Under the pieces are notes generated by a model. The model saw only the letters and a program-made list of their open reading frames with translations. It was not told the origin of the DNA and did not search any database. Of a stretch of 12,428 nucleotides of DNA, positions 8,303-12,428 are shown piece after piece; position 1 is the stretch's first letter; every line of letters starts with the position of its first letter. The position numbers were made by a program, and so were the translations under genes. This DNA comes from Paraspadella gotoi (Eukaryota > Animalia > Chaetognatha). The stretch spans positions 1 through 12,428 of the forward strand of contig JBJCIZ010000296.1 of NCBI GenBank assembly GCA_051294375.1, read 5' to 3'.

Positions 8303-9904
8303 ATGTCTAACCCAAGTACCTCCATCGCAGCTTCCACGGAACTCCCTGGGTGGAGTGTCGCCTTTCCTCCGGACGCAGTCCTCGTCCAGTTCCATCTTGT
8401 TAGAGAGAAGGGTGGTTCGTGCCGATACATTGTTGAAGCTCGGACCGCAGCCGGGGAGTTTCACCATCATAACGTCCCCCGGCGTTTCTCTAAGGAGGAT
8501 TTGTCGGACATTCTTGGGAAGTATTGGCGAGGCAGGGATTTGATTTTCTACTGCCCCCCGGTTGACGTGGAGAGAAATCTCACAGGTCTGAGGTTTATTG
8601 GCACGTTTAAATCCTGCAACGTGGTGGAATTTCCGCTTACGTCTACGGTTTCGGGTCAAGCGGTGGATATGGCTCCACACGGCGTGGCAAGGCGGGGCCA
8701 AATCCAAGGTGTTATGCCTCTCTCAGACTCGGGGTCTCCTGTGGACACCTCCGAGCCCCGGATGGCTNNNNNNNNNNGTCGCAGGCGGCGTAAGGTGTCG
8801 TCGTCCTCATCCACAACGAGTCCTGATCGATCCCCATCTCCCGGACGGGCACGCACATCGAAAGGGAAAGTCGACAAGGTTAAGCGGCGACGTAGCTCAC
8901 CGCCGCATCGGCCGGCCTCGGGAGCCGGTCGACGGGAGGACGACACACAGGATGGCGTCAATGCAAGGGAGCCAAAACTACCAGTCAGCGCTCCTCAGTT
9001 CCCTTCCGGTAGTGGCCCTGGGGTCGCAGGAAATATTCATTCCGCGCGGCCTCTAATGTCTATCTCTGTCGGAGCGTCTAACACGCTAAGGGCCACACGG
9101 AGTCACCCTGTTCCGCCCCCTTCCCGTTCCCACCCTTCCCTTTCCCTATCCCAAACCCGTCGCTTCCTTCCCCCCCGGCGCCAAGATGTGATCGCCCCAC
9201 ATCCGGTGTCGGTTGAGGATGCAAGTCGCGGAGCTAATCGTAGAAGGAAGGCGCTTCGGAAGGCCGCCAATCAGAAACGGCGACGTCAACTGGCCAAAGA
9301 AAAGAAGGTGGCTTCCAAGCAAGTGCCTAGTGTTAAAGCGACTGCCCCCAGGACGATGGCCTGGGGGGGCGGGTGGAATCCCTTTACCCGATCGGTCCTC
9401 CCCCCGATTCCCCCTCCTTCGGGTGTCGATAACGAACAAGAACGCCTAATCTTGAATACCACCTTCGGCGAGGTCGTGGACCGCGTTCGTCAACAAAGAC
9501 AGTCAGCATTGGCGGCGCGCGCGGTCGAGGATACTATGGATCTGACGGACCAAGCGTTGGCGTCAACTTCGGCGGGCGCTAGTGGGGCTGCGCCTCCGTC
9601 GATTCCCTTTCCTGTAGAGGACGCGATACTCGAATCGTCACCCGAGAGGAGGGAGAGGCGTCGACATAGGCAGGAGGACGTGGCGGGGTTTGCGGCGTTG
9701 CCTCAGGCGGGGGTCACGGCCACGCCACGTCGAGGGCGGAGTCCGAGCGAGTCGGCGTTAGGCGGGATTAGACACTTGATGCGATCCCCGTCAGACGCCT
9801 CTCGTAAGGAAAANNNNNNNNNNGGCGCGATCGGGTCCCGTCGTTGGGCGAACGGCGTGGTTGGCCTGATCCGGGAGGTGCCGGGGCGTTCGGCTATTTT
9901 TTAG
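8303..9904 (+). CDS. ORF3, accessory protein of unknown function (~533 aa from the first ATG): ~110-aa ordered N-terminal domain plus a basic Arg/Ser/Pro-rich disordered tail; not env-like
   Basis: Long GC-rich open frame (open from 8201) between AT-rich flanks; first ATG at 8303 in aacATG context. No signal peptide or transmembrane segment seen. The C-terminus is uncertain because of Ns at 9814-9823. Confidence 0.75.
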   Translation: MSNPSTSIAASTELPGWSVAFPPDAVLVQFHLVREKGGSCRYIVEARTAAGEFHHHNVPRRFSKEDLSDILGKYWRGRDLIFYCPPVDVERNLTGLRFIGTFKSCNVVEFPLTSTVSGQAVDMAPHGVARRGQIQGVMPLSDSGSPVDTSEPRMAXXXXRRRRKVSSSSSTTSPDRSPSPGRARTSKGKVDKVKRRRSSPPHRPASGAGRREDDTQDGVNAREPKLPVSAPQFPSGSGPGVAGNIHSARPLMSISVGASNTLRATRSHPVPPPSRSHPSLSLSQTRRFLPPRRQDVIAPHPVSVEDASRGANRRRKALRKAANQKRRRQLAKEKKVASKQVPSVKATAPRTMAWGGGWNPFTRSVLPPIPPPSGVDNEQERLILNTTFGEVVDRVRQQRQSALAARAVEDTMDLTDQALASTSAGASGAAPPSIPFPVEDAILESSPERRERRRHRQEDVAGFAALPQAGVTATPRRGRSPSESALGGIRHLMRSPSDASRKEXXXXGAIGSRRWANGVVGLIREVPGRSAIF

Positions 9905-9946
9905 TGCCGGGCGTGCCCGATGGGGCAGGTGGGTGTCCGTGGGGCC

Positions 9947-9960
9947 GGAGCGGGGAAAAC
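9947..9960 (+). other. Candidate polypurine-tract-like sequence followed by TGT at 9962
   Basis: GGAGCGGGGAAAAC-G-TGTAG lies at the GC-rich to AT-rich transition after ORF3; it is an imperfect purine run. Confidence 0.3.
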
Positions 9961-10094
9961 GTGTAGTAGTATTGTTCATGGTTCTCAGTTAAATAGACTC
10001 GGTAGGTATAGAACCATTTTTCTCTGGCGGGTTAGAATACAGTTCCATCGGAACTAACATTTCTGATAACATATTTTTGTCATAACATGGGAAT

Positions 10095-10110
10095 GGGGCC
10101 GAAAGGCCTC
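10095..10110 (+). other. GNRA (GAAA) tetraloop hairpin in the 3' untranslated region
   Basis: GGGGCC-GAAA-GGCCTC: 6-bp stem with one G-U pair. Confidence 0.55.
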
Positions 10111-11192
10111 GAGTATAATTTTCGTAGTTTCTTTTACACCTATTTAGCCGTAGGTGGACTCGAATTTATATCGTGCTCCGATCCTCACGGTGAAGTGCAT
10201 ATCTCCTTATTACAATAAGATGTTATTGGGAATAAAGTCAACTTATTGTGCCTTTGATTTCCGGGTACCCAATCCTGCCCGCGTAATCCACATCTGTTCG
10301 CGTCTTCTGTAGATATTTCTTGTTTTTCTTCTTCTTTTTCTTGCGCTTCTTTAAAATGTGTCCGTGTAAGGGTGTTTGTCAAAGGTCAGTGGCCCTTGGG
10401 TTTCATCTGACGACGACCCCTTTTAGATCGAAGTGACCATTAATTTCTTCCCTCTTTTCATATTTTCGAAATTTCTGCAATGATGATCGGATATTGATGA
10501 ACACTCGTTTTTTTTGTTGTGATTTTTTGTTTGTCTTAAAATTTGGCTTATGTTTAAACGACTGGGTTAGTTCATTGTTTATGAAACGGTTCGGAGAGCA
10601 ATATTACATTTCTTTATTCAACCCCCCTATTCCCATTTTTTGCATTTATTATGATCACTGTTCTTTATTCGTATATTTCGTCGTTCTAGATAATCTACTA
10701 TTCGGGTCTTGAATGCTAAAACAATGTGTCGTTAATTTACGAAGGATAGAGAGTGTTAAAGTCGTATTATGGTTTATTGAACGATGGATTCGCTTAATAC
10801 TATTTGAAGTAGTTATAAATAATTTCACGGTTTTTTGGATGTTCGCGAATTTGAGAAATGATCAACACGAGTAACTGATTCGTTTGGTCTAACTTTGCTT
10901 GTGTATTTTCTTTAACATGATTTGTATATAGGGTTTCAGTAAATTAGTATTGTTTCCTGTTTTGATATAGCGAGAAATTTGTCCTACATCACAGTTTCAC
11001 TGATCTATTCGTCATCCTAGATCTAAGGACGGTCGTAAACCTTACATAGTTATTTTCCATCTTACTGTGTTTAGATTTATACTTACCATCTAGCCGTCAT
11101 AAGTCTTTGATAACAAAACTTTCTTTTCGGGTTAGTATGTATTATAGTCTCTGTTTAAGCTTTCTTTGTTTAACATTGCTATAGGTAGTTTA

Positions 11193-11284
11193 CTAACGGT
11201 ACACGTCGTTTGTGGCGGGTACTGCATTGTGTTTGGCCTTCGTGGCGTATTTCTAACGGTACACGTCGTTTGTGGCGGTACTGC
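11193..11284 (+). repeat. Direct repeat of a 32-33 nt hairpin-forming unit, period 60
   Basis: CTAACGGTACACGTCGTTTGTGGCG(G)GTACTGC at 11193-11225 and 11253-11284, identical except for one G. Confidence 0.9.
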
Positions 11285-11796
11285 GTCATGTCTATACAAT
11301 ATTTAATCTAGGTATTTTACATCCGATGTTCATATTCATGACATCGTTCTGTGAGTGCGCCTGTGTGGCGGATTTATATGCATGCACCATTTCTTGATTC
11401 GAAATTCTTAAGAATACGTTGATTTTTTCAGTTACATTGCTATGTGCTTTGGTACGTTTATTTTTTCATTGTCACCGGTTTTCGCGTCTGTTAACGTTTG
11501 TTTTCATTCCTATGATGTAACGTTTATTCGTGGTTTTTGGTTCCCTTTGCGGGTCGTGTTCTAGTAGGCCGTCAACGTTTATGATATTAACGTTACGTTA
11601 CGTACGCTCTTGGGTGGTTTAGTCGAGTCGAGTTTATTGTTTATTGGAAAATTTATTTATTTATTCATTTCGAGTTCTAAATTTAGTATTCACAAACTAT
11701 CGTATTGTCATGTTGGGTCACAGATAGGAAGGAGTTGTAGTATTTATTCATGTTCTACAAGATTATGTTCGTATTTGCTGCCCACTTGGTTCTTGC

Positions 11797-11798
<2 letters not shown>

Positions 11799-11876
<78 letters not shown>
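11799..11876 (+). repeat. Pure poly(A) tract, 78 nt
   Basis: Uninterrupted A run, same strand as all element ORFs, followed by non-A sequence. Confidence 0.97.
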
Positions 11877-11878
<2 letters not shown>

Positions 11879-11944
11879 GATTTATTCTTTAGTGGACGAA
11901 AAGAATAATAAAAGTTTATATCCGACGTTGAAAATATTTGTCGG

Positions 11945-12324
11945 NNNNNNNNNNNNNNNNNNNNNNNNNNNNNNNNNNNNNNNNNNNNNNNNNNNNNNNN
12001 NNNNNNNNNNNNNNNNNNNNNNNNNNNNNNNNNNNNNNNNNNNNNNNNNNNNNNNNNNNNNNNNNNNNNNNNNNNNNNNNNNNNNNNNNNNNNNNNNNNN
12101 NNNNNNNNNNNNNNNNNNNNNNNNNNNNNNNNNNNNNNNNNNNNNNNNNNNNNNNNNNNNNNNNNNNNNNNNNNNNNNNNNNNNNNNNNNNNNNNNNNNN
12201 NNNNNNNNNNNNNNNNNNNNNNNNNNNNNNNNNNNNNNNNNNNNNNNNNNNNNNNNNNNNNNNNNNNNNNNNNNNNNNNNNNNNNNNNNNNNNNNNNNNN
12301 NNNNNNNNNNNNNNNNNNNNNNNN
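11945..12324. other. 380-nt block of undetermined or masked bases
   Basis: Run of N. Shorter 10-12 nt N blocks at 2069, 2400, 4533, 6109, 6593, 7089, 8768 and 9814 leave the reading frames open. Confidence 0.95.
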
Positions 12325-12428
12325 GACCCCGAAATATTTGCATATTGACGTTGATGACGGCATAGGCTCGTCTGCTAGATTTATATGTTTAAACCACTTG
12401 GTGGTATATTTTATATTAGTTGCGTCCA

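Larger units (their letters stand above)
15..11876 (+). mobile_element. Bel/Pao-type (Belpaoviridae) retrotransposon: gag-PR-RT-RH-IN plus extra ORF, ending in poly(A); no LTRs detected; boundaries tentative
   Basis: Domain order PR-RT-RH-IN, triple Gag zinc knuckle ending HHPLLH, and Pao-type pol motifs (LNDELLTGPDL, FDPLGFIAP, IPRLELTAA, NPADIASRG, GGVWERMVRSVK). The family call is secure. Boundaries are inferred from the poly(A) end and a candidate TCGAT duplication. Confidence 0.9.

Noticed and set aside
2069-9823. Regular 10-12 nt N blocks as a biological pattern
   Set aside because: They are masked or undetermined bases and the reading frames stay open through them.
8201-9904. ORF3 as an envelope glycoprotein, and TTG 8201 as its start
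   Set aside because: No signal peptide, transmembrane helix or Cys-rich ectodomain. The 8201 region is a pyrimidine tract, and ATG 8303 is the better start.
10407-10436. CTGACGA as a hammerhead ribozyme core
   Set aside because: No properly placed GAAA and three-stem junction; the bases fit a simple long stem.
11193-11284. CRISPR-like repeat-spacer-repeat (32-33 nt repeats, 27-nt spacer)
   Set aside because: Only two units, eukaryotic retroelement context, no cas genes.
11610-12365. Poly-Lys, poly-Phe and X-rich ORFs in the ORF track
   Set aside because: Artefacts of the poly(A) tract and the N block.

Overview
The window is almost entirely one Bel/Pao-type (Belpaoviridae, probably metazoan) retrotransposon on the + strand. 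Its order is: structured 5' leader with a likely spliceosomal intron, gag with three Cys/His knuckles (748-3678), an in-frame UGA-CUA readthrough junction, then pol (protease, RT, RNase H, DDE integrase; 3679-7729, broken by two single-base frameshifts). After pol come an AT-rich spacer, a non-env, Arg/Ser-rich accessory ORF3 (about 8303-9904), a ~1.9 kb U-rich hairpin-rich 3' region and a 78-nt poly(A) tract. I could find no LTR pair or terminal R redundancy by eye. A possible 5-bp target-site duplication (TCGAT at 10-14 and 11877-11881) brackets the unit. The main hypothesis is an LTR-less, poly(A)-tailed, integrase-encoding Bel/Pao derivative, or a retroposed mRNA copy of a Bel/Pao element. 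Limits: very little 5' flank is visible, and a 380-nt N block follows the tail.
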